The translations under genes and the position numbers were made by a program. From Oculina patagonica (Eukaryota), in NCBI RefSeq assembly GCF_052425735.1, contig NC_135759.1, positions 34,906,001-34,970,000 of the forward strand: a stretch of 64,000 bases of DNA. Direction: 5' to 3'. Positions 25,878 through 37,473 of this stretch are shown here, piece after piece (position 1 is the stretch's first letter; each line of letters begins with the position of its first letter). The notes beneath the pieces were generated by a model. The model was not told where the DNA came from, did not search any database, and saw only the letters and a list, made by a program, of their open reading frames with translations.

Positions 25878-27410
25878 TTATGGTTCCGCTTTGTTGTTTT
25901 CTTGTTTATTTGGTTCAGTTATCTTTTCCAAGTAGCTTCCCAAGTCAAACCCTTCTAGGCTTTCACTTTCATGAACTCTACAGCCTGCCGGTGAACCAAT
26001 TATATTTACACTTGCTTGTAGAAGATAAAGACAAACAATCCCTGCGAAATGGCTGACCAGTGCACTAGCCAGTGGGTGATCTGAAAAAAAAAAACAACAA
26101 CAACATCATCATCATGTATTTTACCCTCGGATTTCAGAGTAGCTTGTACAGCTAATATCTCCGAGCATTTCAACAGTACACAGCACGATGGGCAAAGACC
26201 AGACCACAACATCGGGAACTTCGTGCCCTACTCTTTACGATAAGTGTGTGGGTTCTTTTACGTCCCCTGCTGACCATATACCACTGAAGATGCAGGAGAC
26301 GGGGCCTACGGTTTATCGTCCTTATCCGAGAAGAATAGAATATCTAACCATCGGATTTGCAGATGTCATTGCAAAGGCAGCATATTCTCCTCGATTGAGT
26401 GTTGGGACTCGAACCCGAGACCTCCCGCACGATAGTCCGGCGCTCTACCAACTGAGCTAACCGGTGGGCGGTAAAAACAGACACAAACAGGCGGACAAAA
26501 ACAGGCTGAGCTATTCTGCTTGTATTTTGATACGGATTGCTCTAAAAACTGCATTAAAACTACAGTACTGACCTGGAAGTACATAAAGATCCATCAAGTG
26601 CCATATTCCTACCCAAGAAGCCACCACTCCAAAACCAAGGATATATACAAAGACCTGCTCCAGGGCCCGGTTCAACAACGAATGCGGCAGTTTTAAGGTT
26701 GATATGAATTCACCCAAACAATAGCACATAGTCACTACAGCGTAACCCAGGCTGATTAACGCAATCGATGAGAGAGGTTTGTTGGTTGGATACTTCATTT
26801 TGGTCACAATAAGGAGCCAAGTTCCTCGCCAATAGCTTATCACCGCAGCTCCGATTACGAACACCGTAACAAAACTGTTAACTATTCTCGTGGTGATATC
26901 AGCACAGGCAGTAGTCTTGCTCCTCAAACATTGCTTTCCCTTAAGAATACACTTCGATAAATCAATGTGTCTCTCGCTGATACAGTAGCCAGGACTGGCG
27001 ATGATACTGGATGCAGTTTTCGTAGTTAAAACGATCAAGAATCCAATAGCATGTGAAACACAGGCACTTGTTAGACTAGTAGTTGTGTAAAGATCTAACA
27101 TCATCCACAGACCTCTCCAAGATATTACGGTCATCAACGCCAGAGGATAAAAGAGAACAAGATACAATGCTTTTCTTGCTTTCCTTTCATTTAAAAATTC
27201 TTTTAAATAATCCTCCACCAACATGATCAAGAATATCGTTCCAAAACTCGCTGTGAACGTCATCGAGGCACTGAGAACTTCATCGTCTGGAAACACGAAC
27301 AAGTCTAAAATGTACCACGTTCCACGCCAATAATTCACTACTGCTGGTGTGATAAGAAATAAAATGAGGATCAAGTTGAGAAGCCGTTTCCAAAATAACA
27401 AGAAAGACAT
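25878..27410 (-). CDS. Fuseless-family multi-pass membrane protein, paralogue B (2 exons, about 346 aa)
   Basis: Exons 27410-26573 (donor GTCAGT) and 26080-25878 (DHPLASALVSHFAGIVCLYLLQAS...KAEP*). Same intron position and phase as paralogue A. Confidence 0.85.
26100..26470 (-). mobile_element. tRNA-derived SINE filling most of the paralogue B intron
   Basis: Minus-strand head CCGGTTAGCTCAGTTGGTAGAGCG...GGTTCGAGTCCC and (GAT)n-type tail; related pieces at about 25510-25590 and 24340-24560. Confidence 0.75.
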
Positions 27411-28173
27411 TTTCGAGAGGGCGAAGAAATGCGTAGTTTTGAGTCAAGCGGAGATATTTTGATCCTCCTGGTCTAATATCCTTCGCAGCTCTACAATTTC
27501 TTGTTTTGTATTCGAAGAAACTGAAATGAGATATATTTAAATTAGGTCTAATATTTGTCGTATTTCGGACAGTCAAATATAATGGGCTTCCCCCGAATAA
27601 TCGCCCTTCCTCTTAAGGCGGCTTCTTAATAGTACAGCGTTTCCCCAGGAAACTAGTGTTTTTGGGATACATCCGTCTTCGTGGAAATACTGGGAGAGAC
27701 TCTGATTCTTCATATTATCATCCAATCATAAACTAAGCAGCTATCCACAAGTGCTTCAAATAGACGTCATGTTGCTTAGTGTTATAAAAATCAAAGTTTC
27801 CTGAGGAAAAACGCGTAGAAGCTTAAGCAGTGCATATATCTGATTAGGTTTGAGCTTATAGATGGTGTCATTTTTAATTTTCGCAATACTTTAGGAATAC
27901 TTAAGGAATACTTAAGAGAAGAATTCTGGTGTCGAGAATGAGCAAATATTCGTAAACAAGGCAAAAGTCAAGACGATATGAATAGTTGTGTAGCACCACA
28001 GCTTTCAAAGCTCCCTATTTCCAACCGTCCTCGAACGTTTATTTCTACCTCTTTTGTGTTAAGACTGTTTAGGGCTCAGCAGGAGCACTTTTGTGTTGCT
28101 TGTCTATTGTTTGATTCTGATTGGCCAATCCCGAGTAAAGAACGTTGCAAACTGTGCAGGCACGCTTGCCCCC

Positions 28174-28251
28174 TAGCCTCCCACGCAGTCGTTCTTAGGG
28201 GCCATCGTGTTTCACTCGGATCGCCCCTAAGAACGACTGCGTGGGAGGCTA
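28174..28251. mobile_element. 78-bp hairpin mini-element (TAGCC...GGCTA family)
   Basis: TAGCCTCCCACGCAGTCGTTCTTAGGGG...CCCCTAAGAACGACTGCGTGGGAGGCTA; same family as 18038-18083; imperfect flanking repeat. Confidence 0.8.
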
Positions 28252-30351
28252 GGTTGCCCCTTTGTCGGATGATGTAATTTCTTCGATAGGTACCTAAATA
28301 AGACCTGGCGAAGTAAATGCCCCAAAAAATTTTTAAATAATCAAGTGCTTATAATTAAGTAGTCAAAATTTTTAGACAACATTCTGAGCCATTATATGGA
28401 ACAAGGGTTTAGTCATGACGGTTGCTAGTTACAAATTATAAACACAAACTGAGTTTGTGTTTAATAATTTGTCAAATTTAAAAATAACAAATAAAAGAGA
28501 CTAAATATATATCACTTTGAAGTTAATAGAGTATAGAAAATAATCTTATCGCAATTCACTAAGCATTTCTCATAAGGACGGTACTTGTCTAATGCACTTG
28601 AGTTGTCCAAGTTAAATTTGGCCTTCCGTTCCCCAAAAAGAAAGTCGTGCATTACTGGAATTGTTTGCTATTAAGAACCCGTGGAAGCTAAGTTTAAACT
28701 AAGATTAAGATTAGTCACGAATAAACTTAAATGTTTGTATAATTTTAACTTGGGTTTAAAAGCTGTCTTATTTGGCAAGAAGTGAATTAAAACTGAATCT
28801 TATCGTCTATGTGACGGCTAAAAACGGACTGAGCACTGACTTGCAGAGTTCTTTACGGAAAAGAAGAAATACAGCAGCCTGTTAAGATAATTCAACGCTG
28901 GCTTGTTGTCAACACTGTTCAAGCAAATCACAAAATTGGTGTGTAAATTAAAGTAACTTGACGGTTCGAAAATAATTCAACTTACGTGAATTTGGATCGA
29001 AGGACGATTACGCGCGTTACCCGCCAAGTACATCACTTAATTTCCTTGCTGGCTGTACGCAGGCCATTGTATTTCAACAAACTTAGTCGTTTTCCGCTTC
29101 AATTACCCTTTAGTTTTAGTCTGAACATACACATTCTCTTTAGTCTTCATCCATTTCTTATCAGTAGTCGGGAAAATTTATTATGGATAACAGTGAGGAA
29201 CAAAGACCGGACTCGAGGAGGCGGCGGAAATCGAGCCTATCGAGACCATTACTTGTCACCAAAGCAGAGAACTCTAATATCATTTTTGTTAATCTGCTTT
29301 TCATCAGGCAACAAAACTTTATTATGGTCTACAGTCGACCTGATATAATGGACACCTGCTCTTACCGACACTTCGATCGCTGTTACCGGTTAGTCTTTTC
29401 TTTAACCCTACTACGTGTTGCAAACTCATGGTCATACGCCGTGACAACTACTGTGGAGTTCCACTGTCTAAAAGCTACAATATTCTCTTTTAATCTTCTA
29501 AACGTCCACTGATTTGTATATCGTCTGAATTAACAGACACTGATATCTTTTCGGGCACTTGCCGAGGAAATACAGTTTACTACTATATAACTTATTCATC
29601 ATGTACTCCGCCTGCAGCAAGAATATCTCTATTTCGAAGGACACCAACTTCGTGATTGCACTATCGGATTGAAAATGACCCGTGTTCCCGATCGGTTCCC
29701 GACGGCGAGTTCTCATGTGACTTCATTTCGAGAAAACATCCAAGGACGATGAAGTTTATTTGGACGTTGTTGTTATTTCACAAGATTGTGTCTGAATTTT
29801 TGCCTGAATTTTTAAGCATTCTCGCCTAAATATCGACAAATAAAATCTCAGCATCTATTTAAGTTTCTGGTCGCGAAAAAATCTCGATTCAGTATTGATT
29901 ATAGTACTTCCCCGTCTGGTAAATTGCTTAAAAATCAGGAAACACTACTCGTTCTTCAGTTATATAAACTAAGTAAAGTTTACCTGTGACCTGTAGCATA
30001 TCACAAAGACTTGTGTTAGGCCCAATGAAAACGGCTATGTTCGCACTACTTTGCAGTGTTTCCCGGGCAGTTGTGATGGAAGCAGAAAAAAATATCGGTA
30101 TACACGGTGTATGCAGACGATACGATGTGATATTGCACAGGCGCCTCAGTTGACCAATTATCACGTCAAAGAATTTTTTTTAATATAAAGAAGAAGAACA
30201 TTAACTCGTTTATTACTATTTTTTTCGGTGTGTGTGGGATGGGGGGGGGGTGGGGGGGTGGGGTTGGGTGGCAGGCTGACTCTCAGAATAAGGGGGCGGA
30301 TAACTCGCCTATGCGGGATCGAACCCTACGTGGAAACGGAAGACAGATATT

Positions 30352-31489
30352 CAGGCCCAGCCAGGGGGGTTGTGGGATACCCATAGAATATACGCCATTT
30401 TTTTGCCCTGGGATACCAATATACCTGAAAACTGAAAAAACGATGATACAAAATACCTAAAATTATTACCTAAAAGCCATGTTCGATAACAAAGGCTTGT
30501 GTAACTACTGGACGGACCATTATTTATTTGGAGAGGAGGGATCTAAAATTTTTCCAAGAGAAAATTATTTTTCATGTGTCGTTGTCTGGGTAAACAATTT
30601 TTTTCGGGCTGTGTCTTCCCTCAGACAATTTTTCCTTTGGTGTCCAGATAGTGGCCTTGGTTGGTAATTTATGTATAGAACTTAAAACAAAACACGGCCT
30701 TTTCCTCTTTTTTTAATTTTTGCAGTGAGCAGGACCTGCATGAACTACTTAAGTTGAACTTTTTATCCACTACGTGTTTCGTGTGACCAGTGCACACCTC
30801 ATTTGATCAGCGAGTTTTACATCTATACAAAAAAGTAATTCAGGTTTTTCAATGACATTTTTTATAAGCCGCTTCCGATTGGGAATAGGTTGATGTGACC
30901 ACAGAAGGGGCTGTGAGGCCCCTTTTCCTAGGGGGGTCTAGGGGCATTCTCCCCCAGAGAATTTTGAAATCTAGAAAATCGGAAATGCAATTTCCAGCAT
31001 TCTGGGTATCAAAAAAGAGTGCTGTTGAAGATATATCATGATATAAATGGCTGGCTATATATTGTCATCAAACTATCTTTTTTCTCCTCCTTATGTCTGC
31101 GACAATTTTTTTTAGCCTTTTGCTCTTGCAAACGACTTTTTTCAGGATTTTTGTTCCCCTCCCCACCTCCAAAAAATAATGGTCCGTCCCTAATTAACAG
31201 CTTTGACAAAGTCAAAACCACCATTCATGACCACTCGCAGCATGCGCTCATTTGCGGACTTAGTGACGCAAGAACTGCAGATCTTTCATGATTTTTTTAA
31301 AAGTAACACAAGCACTGAAGATAAGACACTTTAAAAAAGAAAAAAGAGACACCAACATTACGCTTATATACAGAATACCAAACATTCAGGAAAAAAAATA
31401 CTTAATACCCGTATTTCGGCAAAAAGATACTGAATACCTTGGTTAAAACACCCAAGATAACGTATACCCAAAACCCCTGGCCGGGCCTG
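30352..31489. mobile_element. 1.1-kb TIR element with 6-bp TSD, holding a nested MITE (about 30510-31190)
   Basis: CAGGCCCAGCCAGGGG...CCCCTGGCCGGGCCTG with TSD GATATT (30346-30351 and 31490-31495); inner GGACGGACCATTA...TAATGGTCCGTCC. Confidence 0.85.
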
Positions 31490-32537
31490 GATATTCGAGA
31501 ATCAGGAGTTCGAGTTAACAGCGACATAAAAAAAACGGAAAGCTGGTAAGGTTTAAGTTAGGCTAGCAATGATTTAGTCTCCTCCGCAGCCGATATTTGG
31601 GTCATCAAGCAATGCTTCTCTCACCGTGATTCGACGCTAACGGCTCAGTGCTTAAACCCGAGTCACATTCCTTTCATTTTGTTTTGACCCCAGTAGCTTT
31701 GACAGCTATCAGCAAAAAGGTGACAGTTGCTATTTGCCGAAAATCTGTTTTATTGCTTCACATTTTGAGCTTATGTTCCTGTTGTTCTTTTTAAAAAGGT
31801 TTCGTATCGGACGTGTGCTGGGGAAGGAAGCGTTGTGTGACGAGCCTAAACAACGGCTGTGAGGGAAACTAGCGATTATCAGGTCATCCACTTATTATCA
31901 TTACTGCTGAAATAAATAGATTTCTTATAACGTATTGAAGTAACTGTTTTTACCTACCTACTAATGTTGACTCAGCCCTATCAGTCGTCTAATGACCGCC
32001 AAATGTTTTCCATCGAAAGATTCTCGTGCAATCCGCGCAAAGTTGACGCAATCGGCAAGTCTGCATGCTACTGAGTCTAAGACAATGACAACCAGACAGA
32101 CAGCGGCGGCCAAGTCAAGTGGTACGTTTCAGTAACGCAACTTCACTTGTCGCCCCAAGAGAGTCTTGGATTCCGGATTCCGCATCGTGGATTCCGGATT
32201 CCAGTGACTGGATTCCGGATTCAATGTCTGAGGATTCCGAATTCCAAAAGGTGCGAGATTACGGATTCCACACCTTTTAAATCTGTTTTTTAGTGGTACC
32301 TCAACAGCAGATTACGCTATTTTTATAGCATATTCAGCTGTTAAGATGCGATGTCGTCTATTTTCTTCCTTTTTTTTAGTATATTAAATTTAAATATACG
32401 TAAAAATGTAGAGCGTAAAGCGAGAAAAAAATTCAATTCAATTACAATATTGATTACTTCGAAATTACGCACGTATTTCTATAGAACAAAGAACAGCCGG
32501 ACTTACATTTATAATTCCATGCAAAAAGCTTAATCCC

Positions 32538-32639
32538 TAGCCTGTGTACAGCCGTCCCGCTCCACTAAAAAAAAAATCGGGAGGGAACCGTTCCCACCCC
32601 GATTTTTTGAGGGGGAGCGGGACGGCTGTACACAGGCTA
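32538..32639. mobile_element. 102-bp hairpin mini-element with 9-bp TSD
   Basis: TAGCCTGTGTACAGCCGTCCCGCTCC...GGAGCGGGACGGCTGTACACAGGCTA; TSD CTTAATCCC. Confidence 0.9.
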
Positions 32640-33084
32640 CTTAATCCCGTAAATACTGTTTCACAGTTCGATACGCTAACTTAGCTCGCAGTCCCGCGCA
32701 TCAAGAATTTGAGTGAAGAAGCGTGGGGCATGCTCTCAGATACCGGAAAATGCATTTAAAATTAGAAGAAAATAAACGTTCAGCGCTTAAAATATTGCTG
32801 TAAAAATGATATATTGCTTAAAGAGGAGATGAATCGGGGTACGCAAATCCGCCGATCCGTGCCGTCAATTCGCCACTGTTCTCGTTCAAGTCCAAATCCG
32901 CATTACATGAAAACTTTGTGTGGTATAGATTCGCTGCAACGGAAAGTAGATGTTGCTTCTTATGCCAACTGTTTCAGAAGGTTCGTTTCACTGCCAGCAC
33001 TTGTCAGTTGCGACAATTACGCCAACATACCGACGAAAACCGACCAAAGTGATTCGGACTTCGTTAAATATCTGTTGCAGGTCA

Positions 33085-33510
33085 AATTGGTTTTCAGGTT
33101 AAATCTGTTTTTAGTCGATTTCAACCAAGGCATTAAAATCTGTTTAATCGCTACTCTGAGTTTCATGCCTCATGCGAGGCAATCATCAGGGGACTGCCAG
33201 AAAAAACGGTTACATTGAAAGAAATTTGAAAATACAGAACAATACAATACATTGTGTGTCACATGTCACGTCACGCGGGAACTTTATCACTAGTTACATG
33301 ATAAAGTTTTCCAGCAAGAATTTCCTAGCATGTCTGCAACACGATACGGGCTCGTTTCCGGTTTACATAAAATGAAACATTTCTCCCACAAACACAAATT
33401 ACATCTCTTGGTAATATTCGAATAAGACCTAGGCTGTTTAACTTTGCACCACTTGATGTCATGCTTAGTGTTCTGATCTTTCAAACTCCATATATACTTG
33501 CAAAAAAACA
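33085..33510 (-). mobile_element. Penelope-like retroelement 3' fragment (end of GIY-YIG ORF plus terminal repeat region)
   Basis: [17 protein letters not shown]...[23 protein letters not shown], then frameshifted [18 protein letters not shown], a characteristic Penelope-like C-terminus; followed by a hammerhead motif. Confidence 0.8.
33146..33195 (-). ncRNA. Type I minimal hammerhead ribozyme (Penelope-associated)
   Basis: Minus strand reads AGUCCC-CUGAUGA-U-UGCCUC-GCAU-GAGGCA-U-GAAA-CUC-A-GAG-UA-GCGAUU: intact CUGAUGA and GAAA boxes, 6-bp stem II, short stem III, GUA cleavage triplet, and stem I with one mismatch. Confidence 0.75.
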
Positions 33511-33834
33511 AATTTGAAAACTAACTTTGGGACTTAAACTGATCTTACCTGATTTTTCTCCGGCAATGATACAGCGTACTATCTTGAGGACGGTTATTTA
33601 ATTCAAGTGATGATGGGGAATATGCTTAAATGTGATGTTTCTAATACTTTGTTATGACATCTAGAATAAGGTTATTGGTTGCCTAAGGGGATCGGGTAGA
33701 CCCTGTCCCAAGGTCTCACATGAATGGCTCGTTCCTTTCGAGAGAACAATGCCCCTTGTCCAAGAAATTAACAACATGAACTCTTACCTACAGTAGAGGA
33801 CCAGTAGAATAAAGCATTCCGGAATCATGTAAAC

Positions 33835-34356
33835 CACAGGTAGCCCAAGCTCGATATATGAGTACAATAAAGATGACCTTTTCATTGTTTCGTAATTCGA
33901 TCGATTTGCATATTTATAAGGATTTGTATGGGGAAATAAATTTGACCGAAAAGAACGAAAAATTAACCGTTGAATTACAATAAAAATCAGTCACCTTAGC
34001 TCCTTTGCTGTTTCCCTTGTGTGCTGTGTGGTTTTTTAGCCGATTGAGCGCGATTCCAGTGAGTTATAGTTCCATTGCCTTCCTCTCTCTATATACCTTA
34101 GAGAGAGGAAGGCAATGGAACTATAACTCACTGGAATCGCGCTCAATCGGCTAAAAAACCACACAGCACACAAGGGAAACAGCAAAGGAGCTAAGGTGAC
34201 TGATTTTTATTGTAATTCAACGGTTAATTTTTCGTTCTTTTCGGTCAAATTTATTTCCCCATACAAATCCTTATAAATATGCAAATCGATCGAATTACGA
34301 AACAATGAAAAGGTCATCTTTATTGTACTCATATATCGAGCTTGAGGCTACCTGTG
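33835..34356. mobile_element. 522-bp foldback element: about 257-bp near-perfect inverted arms, 7-nt spacer, 7-bp TSD
   Basis: Arms 33835-34091 and 34099-34356 are reverse complements except for one 1-nt indel near the outer end. Spacer TATACCT; termini CACAGG...CCTGTG; TGTAAAC directly on both sides (33828-33834 and 34357-34363). Confidence 0.9.
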
Positions 34357-35336
34357 TGTAAACAGGCCTATAGACTCCTTTCAATTCTGTGCGTTTTCTG
34401 TTGCTTTTAAGAAAGAAAATTACACTAAAAGACATTATTTTTTGTATTCATATTGCCAAGTTTAAAAATTCATTTAGTTTTCGACCATGACAACGGCGGT
34501 TGTCTTACAAGAATTCAAAATTAACGTGGCCGCTTGATCATAAATTTTATGTATATATCATATAGTTTATAAAATAGAAATAGATGAATGTTTCCTTTCT
34601 CTTCTCTTCTTTTTATATGTCAGTGTTATCATTTTAAGATTCTGGCAACGCGAGACATGTTTGATTATAATACCGGGCATTCTTTTAACTCTTGAGCGAA
34701 CAAATTACACGAGTATAAAAGCAATTGTGATTCCCAGATTAGAGACCTCCTGAAGAAAATAACAACCCAACCTGGCTTTAAAAGAAGCGAGCAACAGACT
34801 GACGTAGCTTTACTTTCGCATCTGTGTATGTGGCGTCTGAAGGAGAGCGTTCAAAATTTCACTCCCGAAGTTTCCAGTATCAATTAATAGCAACTGTGAA
34901 GAACACTACTGCCAAATTCTAATTCGATTGGGAAAACACGGCCCCACAAGCTTCTCTGAGCTTTAAAAAGACAACCGTGTTTAAGTAAAGGTAAGGTAAG
35001 GTGATGTTAGAAAAAATGTCTCTTACACTATCAACGATCTAGAGTAAAACTGGAAATGATGAAAGCTGATTTAATTGAAAACAACGACACCTAATAAATT
35101 GCACATCGGTTTTGCCCCAGAAATTAACAAAAGGAACTCCTACATACACTAGAGGACAAGTAGAATAAAGCATCCGAGATCGGGATGCAACACCACGTTT
35201 CATTGCTTGTTTTTTTTTTCGACAATTCGCCAACATATCGCCGAAGACCGACAAGAGTGATTCGAACTTCGTTTATCCATGATCCGACCTTCCCGAAATA
35301 AAGAGATCGGAATCTGGGCAAAAACTGTCAGCTTAT

Positions 35337-35746
35337 CAGGGGCACCCAACGAGAAAATTTTACTATAGGTTTCAGAACACCGTTTTTACGTTATAAGTGT
35401 CCTTTTTGTGCGGTTTAAAGCCTTATCTTTAAACGCTAAGAAAAGTGTATCTTTTCGGATACGCTAGCTGGATTTTCAAACTTCAGAAAGTTTTAGGAAC
35501 GAAATATTATTACCCGAATTTACGAGCCGCTGTTGCCTTCTCGAAAATCGTAGCTGGCCTTTTTTCGTACCCAAAACGACATTTTTCTCTCTCAGAAAAC
35601 AACAGGCATTACTTTCCCCATGTCACGAATGTTTGAGCTAAAGAGAACTCCAGTTTTCTCATCACACTTTAATCCGAAAATCGTAGGCCATTAATTATAA
35701 GTCTTCCGAACAGATATTCACCGAAACGGTCTGTTGGGTGCCCCTG
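35337..35746. mobile_element. 410-bp MITE with 6-bp TSD nested in the composite element
   Basis: CAGGGGCACCCAAC...GTTGGGTGCCCCTG; TSD GCTTAT (35331-35336 and 35747-35752). Confidence 0.9.
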
Positions 35747-37473
35747 GCTTATCCGCGATCTGCTGTACTTTCGAGATCCGCGAATCCGCTTGATGTATCG
35801 CAAAAAATCCACAATCCACTCTAAGTTAGAAATATACATTTGTTTTAGTGTTTTCTAATGCATCCTCGACCGGAGAGCCTGTTCACAGGCTAATGCTTCC
35901 CCATCTCGAATTCCGTACGTATTTCAATCTCCTCAAACGACAAGAAGAACCAGCTCGAACTGAGAATTTCTTGATCGCCGAATCGAAAGGGCGCCTGGGA
36001 GTCGTGTTTCTTCCACAGGGGAACTTCCTGGACAAAAATTCTCAGTGGTTTAACTTCGCCAGATTTCACCGTCAATCAAACTTACCTTTTACCGCTTTCA
36101 CTATTACCGAATTTGTGGAAAATGTACAGGGATTTTCATCTGTGTCACAAGAATGGCGAGCTCCGCATGGAACCGAAAAGGATAAACACCTCCTGTGAGC
36201 ATTGTTGACAGTTGAGAGACATTGCGTTACTCTTGGTATAAATTTCAATTTTTAAAGGTCAAAACGCAGTATGATAAAATGGTATTTTTTAACAAATAAT
36301 GCATGCGCCCTACCAGGATGATCAAAGACCACAACACCGCCGTGTTGATTTAGAACTTGATTTGAATTTACTAACCAAATATCAAAAATTTACGTTCGCT
36401 TTCTGGTTTTACTTTCTTCCTTCCCATCATCCTTCGCGTCTTGCAATTTTCGCATAAGAGACGACTGGGGACGAGTCAGGTTTTTGTAGTGCTCTGATGG
36501 TAGATTCCGGATTCCACATGAGGCTGGATTCTGGATTCCACAGGCGGGATTCCGGATTCCAAAGGCCTGGATTCCGGATTCCAAGAGCAAAAATATGTTG
36601 GATTCCGGATTCCGGATTCCCTCACATGGGGCGACACTTGCGTGTAGCATGCAGCAATGATGTTTACCAAATGTTTTTTTTTTAATGATTTTTAGGATTT
36701 TTAGATTTGTCAAAAATTAACGTAAATAAGAGAAGCTAAAAACTCGTGTTTAAATGATTGTTATTCAACAGCGAAGTGTTTGGTAAAAAAAAAGTTGCAG
36801 ACAGTATGGGAGCAGTAAAGTGGTGGGGCTGAGCGTGACGTCAGTGATCGACTGATCAAATAGAACCGAATACAACCGGAGAATAACTACAGGAATAAAT
36901 GTCTAAAATTTTTCGTGAACAGAAATCAAGTTCAACTCAACAAGAAATCGCCGCATAGATTACACAAAGCAAAATACTCTCCAGGCAGTTAGAAAGGACT
37001 AATTGACTGTTTTTGCATAAGCATAAACTGGAGTTAATGTTTACTCAATTGAAATTTACACTCCCCGTGGATGTGTTTTTCCGGCAATCTGTACTCCGCT
37101 CTTTCTTTAAACCGTAAACACGTACTTGTATCCCCCTCTATTTATACTGGCCAATGAAAGATAAGCTTGCACGCGTTCACAAATTGCCCGCCAATCAGAT
37201 CCGCACAGTCTTCCCCTGTCACACTCGAGATCGCAGTCGATCTTCACTTGCAATTCAGTTATTAAGCTACTGGACTCAAGCGTTTATTTCCCCACCCACC
37301 CTCCGCGTTTATCTCATAGCTCTACTGTTGCCACTCTCAGACAAAGCATTTCTTGTAGGCTACTAGTTTACATCTGCTCCATTTGTGATGTTATATCCGA
37401 TACATTTATAGTTAAAAAAGCGATTTTTGTAATACCATCAGAGTTTAGTCGTTGTTGTTCTTTAATAAACGGT

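Larger units (their letters stand above)
32150..36634. mobile_element. 4.5-kb composite non-autonomous TIR element with subterminal GGATTCC repeats and a 6-bp TSD
   Basis: Termini TCGCCCCA...TGGGGCGA; exact TSD CACTTG (32144-32149 and 36635-36640); GGATTCC heptamer arrays at 32168-32270 and 36503-36620; no transposase ORF seen. Confidence 0.75.

Noticed and set aside
29183-29716. Short ORFs (109 aa plus strand, 72 aa minus strand) upstream of Fuseless B
   Set aside because: No recognisable domain or consistent exon chain; may be UTR or intergenic.
32814-36198. ORFs 32814-33218 and 35848-36198 as a possible transposase or cargo genes
   Set aside because: Non-ATG starts, run across repeat boundaries, and no DDE or other recognisable motif; a faint zinc-finger-like WYRF...CFLCQLF is too weak to call.
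36476-36713. ORFs rich in GIRNPES/DSGFR
   Set aside because: Artefacts of the GGATTCC heptamer array.
36835-37200. Perfect CRE (TGACGTCA) and two CCAAT boxes
   Set aside because: Short motifs expected by chance; no associated gene identified.
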